From assembly GCA_964397155.1 (NCBI GenBank), contig CAYNHB010000002.1, forward strand, positions 1 through 44,135: a DNA stretch of 44,135 bases, given 5' to 3'. The position numbers and the translations under genes are program-made. Positions 1 to 8,171 of this stretch are shown in pieces. The notes beneath the pieces were generated by a model, which saw only the letters and a list, made by a program, of their open reading frames with translations, was not told the DNA's origin and did no database searches. This stretch comes from an uncultured Candidatus Saccharibacteria bacterium. Lineage in GTDB: Bacteria > Patescibacteriota > Minisyncoccia > Minisyncoccales > Staskawiczbacteraceae. The stretch's first letter is position 1. Each line of letters starts with the position of its first letter.

Positions 1-504
1 CACCAAAGAACAGTTGATGCTGCAAAATTAATGGGTGTTAATTTAATGAACTCCCATACCCCCTGCGACAATTTAGCAGCTAAGTTTTTAAAAAATTTTG
101 TTGAAGGAAAAAAACCTGAAAGAGTTGGAGAGTTGATAACAGTTTTAAAAGAAATACCAGAATACAAAGAGGCAATGAAAATTGGAGTGGGGCCTAAGAT
201 TTTTGTTGGGAGCCCAGAAAACAGGTGTGGAAAAATTGCTTTGTCTGAACTGACAGGTGGCACCGAAGGGTCTCCAAAGCTTTATGAAAAAATGGCACAG
301 GCAGGGGTTGGCACTGTTGTAGGTATGCATATTTCAGAAGAGCATAAAAAAGAAGCGGAGTCAGCCCACGTTAATATTGTAATTGCGGGCCATATCTCTT
401 CTGATTCTTTGGGAGTAAATTTGTTTATGGACGAGCTTGAAAAACAAGGAATTGAGGTTGTGGCATGCTCTGGTTTTACCAGGGTGTCTAGAGTCCAAAA
501 ATAA
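1..504 (+). CDS. NIF3-family (YbgI/YqfO-like) protein, C-terminal part; the 5' end lies outside the window
   Basis: Frame 1 is open from base 1 (HQRTVDAAKL precedes the ORF-track Met at 31). NSHTPCDN and AGHISSDSLG resemble the HTnlD and GHYxSE metal-ligand motifs of NIF3/DUF34 proteins. Confidence 0.6.
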   Translation, partial: HQRTVDAAKLMGVNLMNSHTPCDNLAAKFLKNFVEGKKPERVGELITVLKEIPEYKEAMKIGVGPKIFVGSPENRCGKIALSELTGGTEGSPKLYEKMAQAGVGTVVGMHISEEHKKEAESAHVNIVIAGHISSDSLGVNLFMDELEKQGIEVVACSGFTRVSRVQK

Positions 505-558
505 GAGCATAAGATGAATAAGCTGGGGAAAAGTAGTTTATTTAGTGTGAAAAAAGAG

Positions 559-586
559 TTGACAATTCTTTTTTTCTGAATACAAT
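559..586 (+). promoter_or_regulatory. sigma70-like promoter (TTGACA-16 nt-TACAAT)
   Basis: Perfect -35 TTGACA at 559-564 and -10 TACAAT at 581-586, in the gap after the NIF3-like gene. Confidence 0.55.
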
Positions 587-591
587 AGCAT

Positions 592-771
592 ATGTGAGGG
601 GGTGCGAGATATATTCTCAAGGACAGAATAGTTTTTAACGAACGAGACACAATGTATATACTTAAATTCATTGTCCGAATTTATGCTCTAGAGAAAAAAG
701 TTGAAGTCGTTGGAAATTATTTGCCCCCTCGCTCAAAAGCAACCTCCGCCAAGGCGGGGGTGTTTTTGTTT
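592..771 (+). ncRNA. candidate small structured RNA or cis-regulatory leader of unknown family
   Basis: Bounded by the promoter at 559-586 and the terminator at 743-771, with no ORF having a plausible start. Long-range pairing of GUGAGGGGG (594-602) with CCCCCUCGC (724-732). Mutually exclusive helices GGACAG (621-626) or ACAATG (649-654) pair with the same 3' strand CATTGTCC (668-676). Confidence 0.35.
743..771 (+). terminator. intrinsic terminator
   Basis: CCTCCGC / GCGGGGG 7-bp stem (one G.U) with loop CAAG, followed by TGTTTTTGTTT. Confidence 0.7.
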
Positions 772-844
772 GCTTGTGGGTATTTTCTTTGGTAGAGTTA
801 AAGTAGAAAGGTCTTATATAAACTTATTAGCTAACAAGCCAAAA

Positions 845-1102
845 ATGCCGAAACAAGAAAAGCCAATTGGAGAAATTAGTCATTTTTTTTCTAATATCAG
901 CGTTGCGGTTATTGATTTGTTTTCTTCATTAAAAAAAGGAGATAAAATTAGAATAACAGGAGGGCAGGAAACAGATTTTGAGCAAAAAGTTGATTCTATG
1001 CAGGTAGACCACAAAGAAGTAAAATCAGCGAAGAAGGGCGACTCTATAGGGATGAAGGTAAAAGAAAAAGTGCGGGAGGGATATAGGGTTTTCAAAGTTT
1101 AA
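845..1102 (+). CDS. small EF-Tu domain-2-like protein ('translation elongation factor-like protein', about 85 aa)
   Basis: MPKQEKPIGEISHFFSNISVAVIDL...GDKIRITGGQETDFEQKVDSMQVDHKEV..AKKGDSIGMKVKEKVREG matches the beta-barrel family common in CPR and archaea. I prefer the internal ATG at 845 over the TTG at 701, because the upstream 48 codons run through a terminator hairpin. Confidence 0.75.
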   Translation: MPKQEKPIGEISHFFSNISVAVIDLFSSLKKGDKIRITGGQETDFEQKVDSMQVDHKEVKSAKKGDSIGMKVKEKVREGYRVFKV

Positions 1103-1166
1103 ACTTTGAAAATTAATTTCTAATTTTTAATTTATAAACAATTTTTAATTGTTAATTTTAAATTAA

Positions 1167-1589
1167 ATGGAAGACGGTTTGCAGAAAAAAATAGAAGATA
1201 AGATTATTGATTGCATAAATGAGAGTGCCAGTGGGCGCTTAATTGTTTTTAGGTCTGAAGAAGGGGCAGATTTAGTTGTAAAGAAAAAAGGAGAATACGA
1301 ACAGCATAGCGCCGAGGAAACACCAAAAAGCTCCATAATCAAAGCAAAAGTTTTTGGAAAAAGAAAGCAGGGCTTGATAAAAGAGATATTTTTACGCATT
1401 AAGCTCAAAGAAGAAAAAAAGGATATTTTTGACATTGCAGACCGAGAAAATTTTTATGTTATTTTTGTTTCTTTTGATACAGTAAAGCAGGATATTGATG
1501 ACAAACTACGCATTGTAAAGCTAAATGATAAAAAAGAATTTTTAATTAATAAGAATGAGTTATCTAAGTTTCTTTTAAATAACTTATGA
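1167..1589 (+). CDS. hypothetical protein (140 aa), translationally coupled to the endonuclease Q gene
   Basis: Long ORF with backbone-like AT-rich composition. Its stop overlaps the next start (ATGA at 1586-1589). I recognise no motif. Confidence 0.6.
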   Translation: MEDGLQKKIEDKIIDCINESASGRLIVFRSEEGADLVVKKKGEYEQHSAEETPKSSIIKAKVFGKRKQGLIKEIFLRIKLKEEKKDIFDIADRENFYVIFVSFDTVKQDIDDKLRIVKLNDKKEFLINKNELSKFLLNNL

Positions 1590-2845
1590 AATTTGTAGCT
1601 GATTTTCATATACATTCAAAATACTCTTGCGCCACATCGCCTAAGATGGAACTGGAAAATCTAGACGCGTGGGCTAAGATAAAAGGAATTAAGGTTTTAG
1701 GTACAGGTGACTTTACACACCCCAAGTGGTTTGAAGATATAAAAGAAAAGTTAAGCCCCGCCGAGGCGGGGCTGTTTAGGCTAAAAAAAACCGATTCACC
1801 GACTCGTTTTATTTTAACAGCTGAAATAAGCTGTATTTATTCAAAAGGCGGGAAAGTAAGAAAGGTTCATATTGTAATCTTTGCCCCCTCAATAAAGGCA
1901 GTAGAAAAAATAAATAAAGAGTTAAATAATATAGGGAATTTGATTTCAGATGGAAGGCCTATTTTAGGTCTTGATGCAAAAGAATTAGTAAAAATAGTGT
2001 TGTCAGTAGATAAAGATTGTTTAGTGGTGCCAGCTCACATATGGACTCCGTGGTTTGCAGTTTTTGGTTCAAAATCAGGATTTAATTCTTTAGAGGAATG
2101 TTTTGATGACTACGCAAAATATATTTTTGCTGTTGAAACGGGTTTGAGTTCAGATCCCAATATGAACTGGCGCTTATCTCAGTTAGACAAAGTTGCTTTA
2201 ATATCTAATTCAGACAGCCATTCTTTGCAAAAAATTGGCAGGGAAGCAAACGTTTTTGATACGGACTTAAGCTATTTTAAAATTTTAGATGCAATAAAAT
2301 CAAAAGACCCTAAAAAGTTTTTATATACTGTTGAATTTTTTCCAGAAGAAGGAAGATATCATTTTGACGGGCATAGGGAATGCGATGTAAGCTTGAGCCC
2401 AAAAGAATCAAAAAAATATAACAATGTTTGCCCAAAATGCGGAAAGCCCCTTACTATAGGAGTTTTAAATCGGGTTGAAGAACTAGCAGACAGGCCGGAA
2501 GGATTTGTGCCGAAAAACGCAATTCCTTTTAAAAGTTTGGTTCAGTTGGATGAAGTTGTGGCTGAATCAATTGGAGTTTCTACGGCTTCAAAAGAAGTGT
2601 TAAAGCATTATAATAATCTAATAAAAAACATAGGCAGCGAATTTAAGATTTTATTGGAATCTTCAAAAAAAGAAATTCAGGATTTTTCTTTGCCAGAAAT
2701 TGCAGAAGGCGTGATAAGAATGAGGGAGGGAAAAGTTCTTATTGAACCGGGCTATGATGGAGTTTACGGAAAAATAAAAATTTTTTCAGATCAGGAAAAT
2801 CCAAAAATCCATAAAAACAAAATTAACCAAAAAACACTATTTTGA
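1586..2845 (+). CDS. endonuclease Q-like PHP-domain nuclease
   Basis: N-terminal DFHIHSKYS PHP motif, then GTGDFTHP, PAHIWTPW, SNSDSHS, zinc ribbon CPKCGKPLTIGVLNRVEELAD and C-terminal PGYDGVYGKI. Collinear with the EndoQ family as I recall it from Pyrococcus and Bacillus. Confidence 0.8.
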   Translation: MKFVADFHIHSKYSCATSPKMELENLDAWAKIKGIKVLGTGDFTHPKWFEDIKEKLSPAEAGLFRLKKTDSPTRFILTAEISCIYSKGGKVRKVHIVIFAPSIKAVEKINKELNNIGNLISDGRPILGLDAKELVKIVLSVDKDCLVVPAHIWTPWFAVFGSKSGFNSLEECFDDYAKYIFAVETGLSSDPNMNWRLSQLDKVALISNSDSHSLQKIGREANVFDTDLSYFKILDAIKSKDPKKFLYTVEFFPEEGRYHFDGHRECDVSLSPKESKKYNNVCPKCGKPLTIGVLNRVEELADRPEGFVPKNAIPFKSLVQLDEVVAESIGVSTASKEVLKHYNNLIKNIGSEFKILLESSKKEIQDFSLPEIAEGVIRMREGKVLIEPGYDGVYGKIKIFSDQENPKIHKNKINQKTLF

Positions 2846-2913
2846 AGTTATACACTTGTCAAAGTTTCTTGTTGTGATAGTGTTACTAAATTCGCGTTGA
2901 CATGTCTCAGTAA

Positions 2914-2939
2914 GGCGAAGAACAACATTGTTCTTTGTC
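2914..2939 (+). promoter_or_regulatory. palindrome/hairpin in the 5' leader of the 80-aa orphan gene
   Basis: AAGAACAA-CA-TTGTTCTT is perfect (2918-2935) and extendable with G.U pairs. It is nested inside an outer inverted repeat TTGACA (2897-2902) / TGTCAA (2936-2941), 12 nt upstream of the SD. Confidence 0.4.
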
Positions 2940-2962
2940 AACTTAGCCAGGGAGGTGCGATC

Positions 2963-3205
2963 ATGTCTGAGCCAGGGTTGTATATTCCAGAAGTCAGAAT
3001 ATCAGAAAGCAAATTTGCCGATTTGGTTGGTTGCGTTGATCTGACTGAAGAAGAGAGAGAGTGCTTGAGGTGGTCTGTTGGCCTGCCGCACAATGAAAAC
3101 ATTGTGGCAGGTGTTGTTTGCAGAGAAAGACGCATAACAGAGGCATGGAGAAAAATAAGAAAGGTTCATCCGTCCATCGTAAAACCCGATCCCTGTGTCG
3201 CCTAA
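2963..3205 (+). CDS. orphan small protein (80 aa) in a G+C-richer island; possible sigma-r4/LuxR-like HTH (weak)
   Basis: GGAGG at 2951-2955 lies 7 nt before the ATG at 2963, and a terminator follows. LTEEERECLRWSVGL...RITEAWRKIRK is loosely reminiscent of sigma70 region 4. The TTG at 2897 in the ORF track is probably not the start. Confidence 0.6.
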   Translation: MSEPGLYIPEVRISESKFADLVGCVDLTEEERECLRWSVGLPHNENIVAGVVCRERRITEAWRKIRKVHPSIVKPDPCVA

Positions 3206-3214
3206 TTGCGACTT

Positions 3215-3240
3215 GCCGCTGGAAACAGTGGCTTTTTGTT
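3215..3240 (+). terminator. intrinsic terminator
   Basis: GCCGCTG-GAAA-CAGTGGC (one G.U) followed by TTTTTGTTT. Confidence 0.65.
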
Positions 3241-3309
3241 TGTTATCTTTTATTAACACTTGAAATTATTTTTTTAAAAGTATATTATACAATAATTAAA
3301 AATTAATTT

Positions 3310-3786
3310 ATGGATGGAAAAACCTTTTTTATCACAAAAGGAAAGTTAAAAGAGCTTGAAAAAGAGTACGAAGAGCTGTTGGAGTTTGATCGTAAAAAAA
3401 TAATGAGCGAGGAGGCGCCTAAGATTTTTGAGTCAGAAAATTTGAATCCAGAGTTTGTCAGCTTTCAAGAAGATGTAGATTTTTTAAGATCCAGGATTGA
3501 TGAATTGAAAAATGTTTTAGAAAATTACGAGCTTATAAAAAAGCCACCAAAAAACCAGCAAAACACTATTGGGGTGGGAGCTAAAGTTAAAATAAGTGTA
3601 AACGGAAAAAAAGATGAATTTACCATTGTAGGAACTCTTGAAGCAAATCCTGATTTAGGAAAAATTAGCAACGAATCTCCTGTTGGCATAGCTCTTTTGG
3701 GGCGCAAGGTTGGAGATGAAGTCATAGTTTCTTCTCCTGTTAAAACCACTTATAGAGTCAAAAGCATTAAATATGAAATTAGCTAG
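3310..3786 (+). CDS. greA: transcription elongation factor GreA
   Basis: N-terminal coiled-coil region and C-terminal ISNESPVGIALLGRKVGDEV...Y.V motif typical of GreA/GreB. Preceded by TTGAAA-17-TATTAT. Confidence 0.85.
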   Translation: MDGKTFFITKGKLKELEKEYEELLEFDRKKIMSEEAPKIFESENLNPEFVSFQEDVDFLRSRIDELKNVLENYELIKKPPKNQQNTIGVGAKVKISVNGKKDEFTIVGTLEANPDLGKISNESPVGIALLGRKVGDEVIVSSPVKTTYRVKSIKYEIS

Positions 3787-3790
3787 ATTA

Positions 3791-3816
3791 AAATCCCGCC
3801 GAAGGCGGGATTTTTT
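3791..3816 (+). terminator. intrinsic terminator
   Basis: AAATCCCGCC-GAA-GGCGGGATTT followed by a T-run. Confidence 0.8.
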
Positions 3817-3869
3817 GGTTAAACTGTTGTATAATGTAACAATTTAATTAAAATTAATTTTAAAAAGGA

Positions 3870-4514
3870 ATGGCAAAAATTATAAACAAAATTATAAAAT
3901 TTATGATAGCCAGCGATTTTATTTTAAATCTTGGCTGGGGACTTTTGGGTCCCATTTTTGCTATATTTATTGTCCAAAACATTACAACCGGGAGTGCGAT
4001 AGATGCAGCAAGAATCGCCGGCTTTGCTTCTCTTTTTTATTGGATTACAAAAGCCATGTTTCAAATACCAATAGGCCGTTACCTTGATAAGAATCATGGA
4101 GAAAGAGATGATTTTTGGTTTATGGTTGTGGGCACTTTTATTGCTGGATTCATACCAATTGGATATTTGTTTTCATCTTCAGCTTGGCACATATATCTAT
4201 TGCAGATAATTTATGCTATTGGCATGTCTATGATGGTTCCTTCTTGGCTGGCGATTTTTACAAGACATATTGATAAAGGCAAAGAAGCATTGGAGTGGGG
4301 TATGGAAAGCACGTTTTTGGGGCTTGGAGCTGGGATCGCGGGAGGCATGGGGGGAATTGTTGCCTCTGTTTTCGGCTTTGCCACGGTTTTTATTTTTGTA
4401 AGCAGTTTTACTTTTTTAGCAACAATTTTGCTTTTGTTTATTAGAGATGATATTTCTCCAAAAAATAAAGAAGTAAAAACTATGCCTCCAGCAAGGCCAC
4501 TTGTAGAGCCATAA
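3870..4514 (+). CDS. MFS-like six-TM membrane protein (214 aa)
   Basis: Several hydrophobic helices; the G-rich stretch GLGAGIAGGMGG and the loop IGRYLDK resemble MFS motifs. Confidence 0.6.
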   Translation: MAKIINKIIKFMIASDFILNLGWGLLGPIFAIFIVQNITTGSAIDAARIAGFASLFYWITKAMFQIPIGRYLDKNHGERDDFWFMVVGTFIAGFIPIGYLFSSSAWHIYLLQIIYAIGMSMMVPSWLAIFTRHIDKGKEALEWGMESTFLGLGAGIAGGMGGIVASVFGFATVFIFVSSFTFLATILLLFIRDDISPKNKEVKTMPPARPLVEP

Positions 4515-4523
4515 TCAAAAAAG

Positions 4524-6269
4524 ATGAAGAACCAGGAATTAGCAAAGATATTCAATGACATAGCAAGATTCCTTAAAATGCAGGATGTGGCTTTTAAACC
4601 CTATGCATATGAAAAAGCTGCCATTTCTTTAGAGTCGCTTGAAAAAGATGTGTCTGAAATTTATAGGCAAGGCGGAGTAAAAGCTTTAATGGAAATTTCT
4701 GGAGTTGGCAAAGCCATAGCTGACCATATAGAAGAATATTTAAAAACAGGGAAGATAAAAATTTATGAAACTGAAAAAAAGAAACTGCCGATTAATTTAG
4801 ACGAGCTGGTAAGGGTTGAGGGCATGGGGGCTAAAAAAGCAAAAATTCTTTATCAAAAATTGGGGGTTAAGAATCTAAAAGATTTGGAAAAAGCAGCTAA
4901 GGCAGGCAAAATAGCGCCATTGTTTGGCTTTGGAGAAAAAACAGAAAAAAATATTTTGCAGGGCTTAGAGTTTTTAAAAAGAGACAAAGGCAGATTTTTA
5001 CTTGGTGAAATTTTACCTACTGCAAGAAACATTTTAGAAAAATTAAAAAAAATAAAGGAAATTGAAGAAGTAAGCTTGGCCGGCTCTGTGAGAAGGAGAA
5101 AAGAAACAATTGGAGACGTGGATATTTTAGCTGTTTCCCGCCCTATAGGGCGAGGCTCGCCTGAACAGGCGGCAAAAAAGATAATGAACTTTTTTGTAAA
5201 AATGGATGGAGTTGAAAAAGTTTGGGGCAAAGGCGGTACAAAAGCTTCTGTGAGAATGCGCGAAGGTTTTGATATGGATTTAAGAGTTGTGCCCCAAAAA
5301 AGTTATGGCTCTGCCCTCCAATATTTTACAGGGAGCAAGGACCATAATATTGCTACAAGGCGTATTGCCATGGACAAAGGATTAAAACTTTCAGAATACG
5401 GCGTGTTTAAAGGCAAAAAACAAATTGCAGGAAAAACAGAAGAAGAGGTTTATAAAGCCATTGGACTTCCTTTTATTGACCCCGAGATAAGAGAAAATGA
5501 AGGTGAAATAGAAGTGGCCCTTAATAGCAAACTGCCAAAATTGGTTGAGCTTAAAGATATTAAGGGCGACTTGCATTGCCATTCTGATTGGGACGGCGGA
5601 AAAAATTCTATTGAAGAAATAGCAAAAACAGCAATGGATATGAGGTATGATTATATTGGGATTTCAGACCACACAAAATTTTTAAGAATTGAGCATGGCC
5701 TTAATGAAAAACAATTACTAAAACAACACGAAGCAATTAAAAAATTAAATTTAAAACTAAAAAATAAAAACCTTAGAATCTTGCATGGGTGTGAGTGCAA
5801 CATTATGGCGGATGGTTCGCCGGACATTGACGATAAAGTTTTAGCGCAATTAGATTACGTAATAGGCGGAATCCATTCACAGTTAAAGATGCCAAAAAAA
5901 GAAATGACAGAACGCCTGATAAAAGCGATGAAAAATCCTAATATTGATATTGTTTCCCACCCAACAGGACGGCTTCTTGGCAGGAGAGATGAATATCAAC
6001 TGGATTTTGATAAAATTTTGAAAATTGCAAAGCAAACCGGCACAATTTTAGAAATCAATTCCTCACCCGAACGCCTTGATTTAAGAGGCATATATATAAG
6101 AAGGGCAAAAGCTGAAGGTGTCAAAATGATAATAAACACAGACGCTCACCAAAAAGAACAATTAAATTTAATGGAATACGGAGTCAGTATGGCCCGCCGT
6201 GGATGGGCAGAAAGTAAAGATATTATAAATACAAATTCTGTAGAAAAATTATTAAAATATTTTAAATAA
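4524..6269 (+). CDS. polX: family X DNA polymerase with C-terminal PHP domain
   Basis: HhH region (GVGKAIADHI), palm GSVRRRKETIGDVDIL, and PHP domain (DLHCHSDWDGG, SDHT, HPTGR, NTDAH). Confidence 0.9.
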   Translation: MKNQELAKIFNDIARFLKMQDVAFKPYAYEKAAISLESLEKDVSEIYRQGGVKALMEISGVGKAIADHIEEYLKTGKIKIYETEKKKLPINLDELVRVEGMGAKKAKILYQKLGVKNLKDLEKAAKAGKIAPLFGFGEKTEKNILQGLEFLKRDKGRFLLGEILPTARNILEKLKKIKEIEEVSLAGSVRRRKETIGDVDILAVSRPIGRGSPEQAAKKIMNFFVKMDGVEKVWGKGGTKASVRMREGFDMDLRVVPQKSYGSALQYFTGSKDHNIATRRIAMDKGLKLSEYGVFKGKKQIAGKTEEEVYKAIGLPFIDPEIRENEGEIEVALNSKLPKLVELKDIKGDLHCHSDWDGGKNSIEEIAKTAMDMRYDYIGISDHTKFLRIEHGLNEKQLLKQHEAIKKLNLKLKNKNLRILHGCECNIMADGSPDIDDKVLAQLDYVIGGIHSQLKMPKKEMTERLIKAMKNPNIDIVSHPTGRLLGRRDEYQLDFDKILKIAKQTGTILEINSSPERLDLRGIYIRRAKAEGVKMIINTDAHQKEQLNLMEYGVSMARRGWAESKDIINTNSVEKLLKYFK

Positions 6270-6270
6270 T

Positions 6271-6741
6271 TTGCCGAAGGAAAAATCAGCAGGGGCTATA
6301 ATTTATCGCTTTGATAATGGTGTGCCGCACTTTTTGCTTTTGCATTATCCGGGCATAAATAGAAAAGGCGGTCATTGGGAATTTGTAAAAGGTCATATTG
6401 AAAAAAACGAAGACGAAAAACAGGCAGTGATAAGAGAAACAAAAGAAGAGGTCGGCATAAACGACCTTAAAATAATTCCTGGGTTTAAGCAATATATAAA
6501 ATATTTTTTTAGGGCGAGCTATGGTCTAGAAGATAAAGCAAGAAAAAAAGCGCCTTGGATTTTTAAGCTAGTTGTTTTTTATTTAGCAAAAACAAATACC
6601 AAGAATGTAAAACTATCAAAAGAACATGATGATTTTGCTTGGCTGCCTTATGAAGAAGCTCTAAAAAAAATAACGTATAAAAACTCAAAGGAATTGTTTA
6701 AAAAAGCGCATGAATTTATTAAAAAAGAAGGAGCTATTTAG
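6271..6741 (+). CDS. NUDIX hydrolase
   Basis: Nudix box GHWEFVKGHIEKNEDEKQAVIRETKEEVGI. Apparent TTG start 1 nt after the polX stop. The 3' end overlaps rplT convergently by 8 nt. Confidence 0.8.
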   Translation: MPKEKSAGAIIYRFDNGVPHFLLLHYPGINRKGGHWEFVKGHIEKNEDEKQAVIRETKEEVGINDLKIIPGFKQYIKYFFRASYGLEDKARKKAPWIFKLVVFYLAKTNTKNVKLSKEHDDFAWLPYEEALKKITYKNSKELFKKAHEFIKKEGAI

Positions 6742-7090
6742 CTCCTTCTTTTACTTCTTCAACAATTTTTTTGAAAATTTCAGGATGTCCTTTTGCCAGC
6801 TCAGATAAAACTTTTCTGTCTAATTCTATTTTTTTGTTTTTTAATCCGTTGATAAGCCTGCTGTATGTAATTCCGTTTTCTCTAGCTAAGGCGTTTATCT
6901 GTAAATTCCATAGGTTTCTAAAACTTCTCTTTTTTACTTTTCTGTCTCTGTATGCATAAGTCCAGGCATGCCTTAAGGCATCTTTAGCTAATTTAAATTT
7001 AGATTTTCTTCCGTACTTAAAACCTTTGGCATGTTTCATTAAATGCTTTCTGTGTTTTCTGGCTTGTACGGCTCTTTTTACTCTGCTCAT
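6734..7090 (-). CDS. rplT: 50S ribosomal protein L20
   Basis: MSRVKRAVQARKHRKHLMKHAKGFKYGR is a typical L20 N-terminus. Confidence 0.95.
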   Translation of the reverse strand: MSRVKRAVQARKHRKHLMKHAKGFKYGRKSKFKLAKDALRHAWTYAYRDRKVKKRSFRNLWNLQINALARENGITYSRLINGLKNKKIELDRKVLSELAKGHPEIFKKIVEEVKEGAK

Positions 7091-7094
7091 GGCT

Positions 7095-7280
7095 TTAAGT
7101 GCTTATATACTTTTTTAATCTTTTTGCCTCTCCTTTAGAAAGATGAACCCATTTGCGACCTTTTCTTTTTCTTTCGCCTGTTTTTTTTGACCTGTAGTGG
7201 TTTTGTCCTGACAATCTTCTCATTATTTTTCCGTTTTTGGTTATTTTAAACCTTTTTGTTATGGCTTTTTTTGTTTTCAT
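7095..7280 (-). CDS. rpmI: 50S ribosomal protein L35
   Basis: MKTKKAITKRFKITKNGKIMRR is typical of L35, in the infC-rpmI-rplT order. Confidence 0.95.
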   Translation of the reverse strand: MKTKKAITKRFKITKNGKIMRRLSGQNHYRSKKTGERKRKGRKWVHLSKGEAKRLKKYIST

Positions 7281-7296
7281 AAATTAAAATACCAAT

Positions 7297-7806
7297 TTAT
7301 GTCTTTGAAATAATTGTTGTAAACCCCCTGGGTTCTCTTTTTATTTCTTTTTCTGTTTTAATTGGTACTACAGAATTTAAATTTTCTAAAAATTTTCTTA
7401 ATTTTTCTTTTGCGAAATTTCCCATTGCTTTTTCTCTTCCTCTCAGTGCCATATTTATTTTTACTTTATCTCCCTCTTTCAAGAATTTTTCTGCTTGTTT
7501 TGCCCTAGTTTCCATATCATGTGGAGAAATGCCAAAGGTTAGCCGTATTTCTTTTAATTCTCCTCCTTTTGGTTTTCTTTGTTTTCTTTCTTTTTTTTGC
7601 AGATTATAAAGGTATTTTCCATAGTCGGTGATTTTGCAAACAGGCGGATCAACTTTTTCTGTTACTTGAACCAGGTCTAAACCTTTTGATTTTGCTAAGT
7701 CAATTGCTTCAAATATATTCATAATCCCCAGCTGTTCACCGGTTTCAGAAACCACCCTTACCTCTTTTGACCGTATAAAATTGTTTACTAATGTTTTTTT
7801 CTGCAA
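7297..7806 (-). CDS. infC: translation initiation factor IF-3
   Basis: INNFIRSKEVRVVSETGEQLGIM and the C-terminal domain are typical of IF-3. The only in-frame start candidate is the non-AUG TTG at 7806, 17 nt after the tmRNA 3' end. Confidence 0.9.
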   Translation of the reverse strand: MQKKTLVNNFIRSKEVRVVSETGEQLGIMNIFEAIDLAKSKGLDLVQVTEKVDPPVCKITDYGKYLYNLQKKERKQRKPKGGELKEIRLTFGISPHDMETRAKQAEKFLKEGDKVKINMALRGREKAMGNFAKEKLRKFLENLNSVVPIKTEKEIKREPRGFTTIISKT

Positions 7807-7823
7807 ATTTTTATATGTTTTTG

Positions 7824-8170
7824 TGGAAGCGCCGGGGGCGAACCCGGGTCCAGAAGTTTTTTAAAAATAACTCTACAAATGTATCTCATTTTATTGTTTG
7901 GGTATTAAATAAAAAATGAGAAAAATTTTTAATACCCTAATTCCCATAAATTTCAGCAACCTCCAGGGAAATGAAGCTGCCCATCCTGATAATATAACAC
8001 CTTCATTCGTTTATCAGGAATCAACGGTGAAGATGCAGCATTAAGCGTATGCTAATGCTGGTTGCCTATTGAATAAATTGGCAATTATGTTTTTTCTGAA
8101 AGTTTTACCAGGTTTCAGAATACTGGATTTGCATATTTTTAAAGAAGCTCCTGTCGAAGCTTACGCTCCC
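7824..8170 (-). ncRNA. ssrA: tmRNA (SsrA), about 347 nt; CCA apparently not fully encoded
   Basis: 5' GGGAGCGTAAGCTTCGACAGG and 3' GGGTTCGCCCCCGGCGCTTCCA form a tRNA-Ala-like acceptor with G3.U70. Tag frame 8044-8082 reads ANLFNRQPALAYA then TAA, with the stop inside hairpin GCATTA/TAATGC. Confidence 0.85.
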
Positions 8171-8171
8171 G

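Noticed and set aside
592-771. Assigning the candidate RNA to SRP RNA, RNase P RNA, 6S RNA or a named riboswitch class
   Set aside because: I could not find the conserved cores of SRP RNA (GGAAGCAGCC-type domain IV) or RNase P (GAGGAAAGTCC), or the cores of the common riboswitches I can recall. A 6S-like identity cannot be judged by eye, so it stays an unclassified candidate.
701-844. N-terminal 48-codon extension (TTG start at 701) of the EF-Tu-domain-2-like ORF
   Set aside because: The extension reads through a strong terminator hairpin and encodes PPPRRGCFCLLVG-type sequence. Homologs as I recall them are about 85 aa and start at MPK/MAK.
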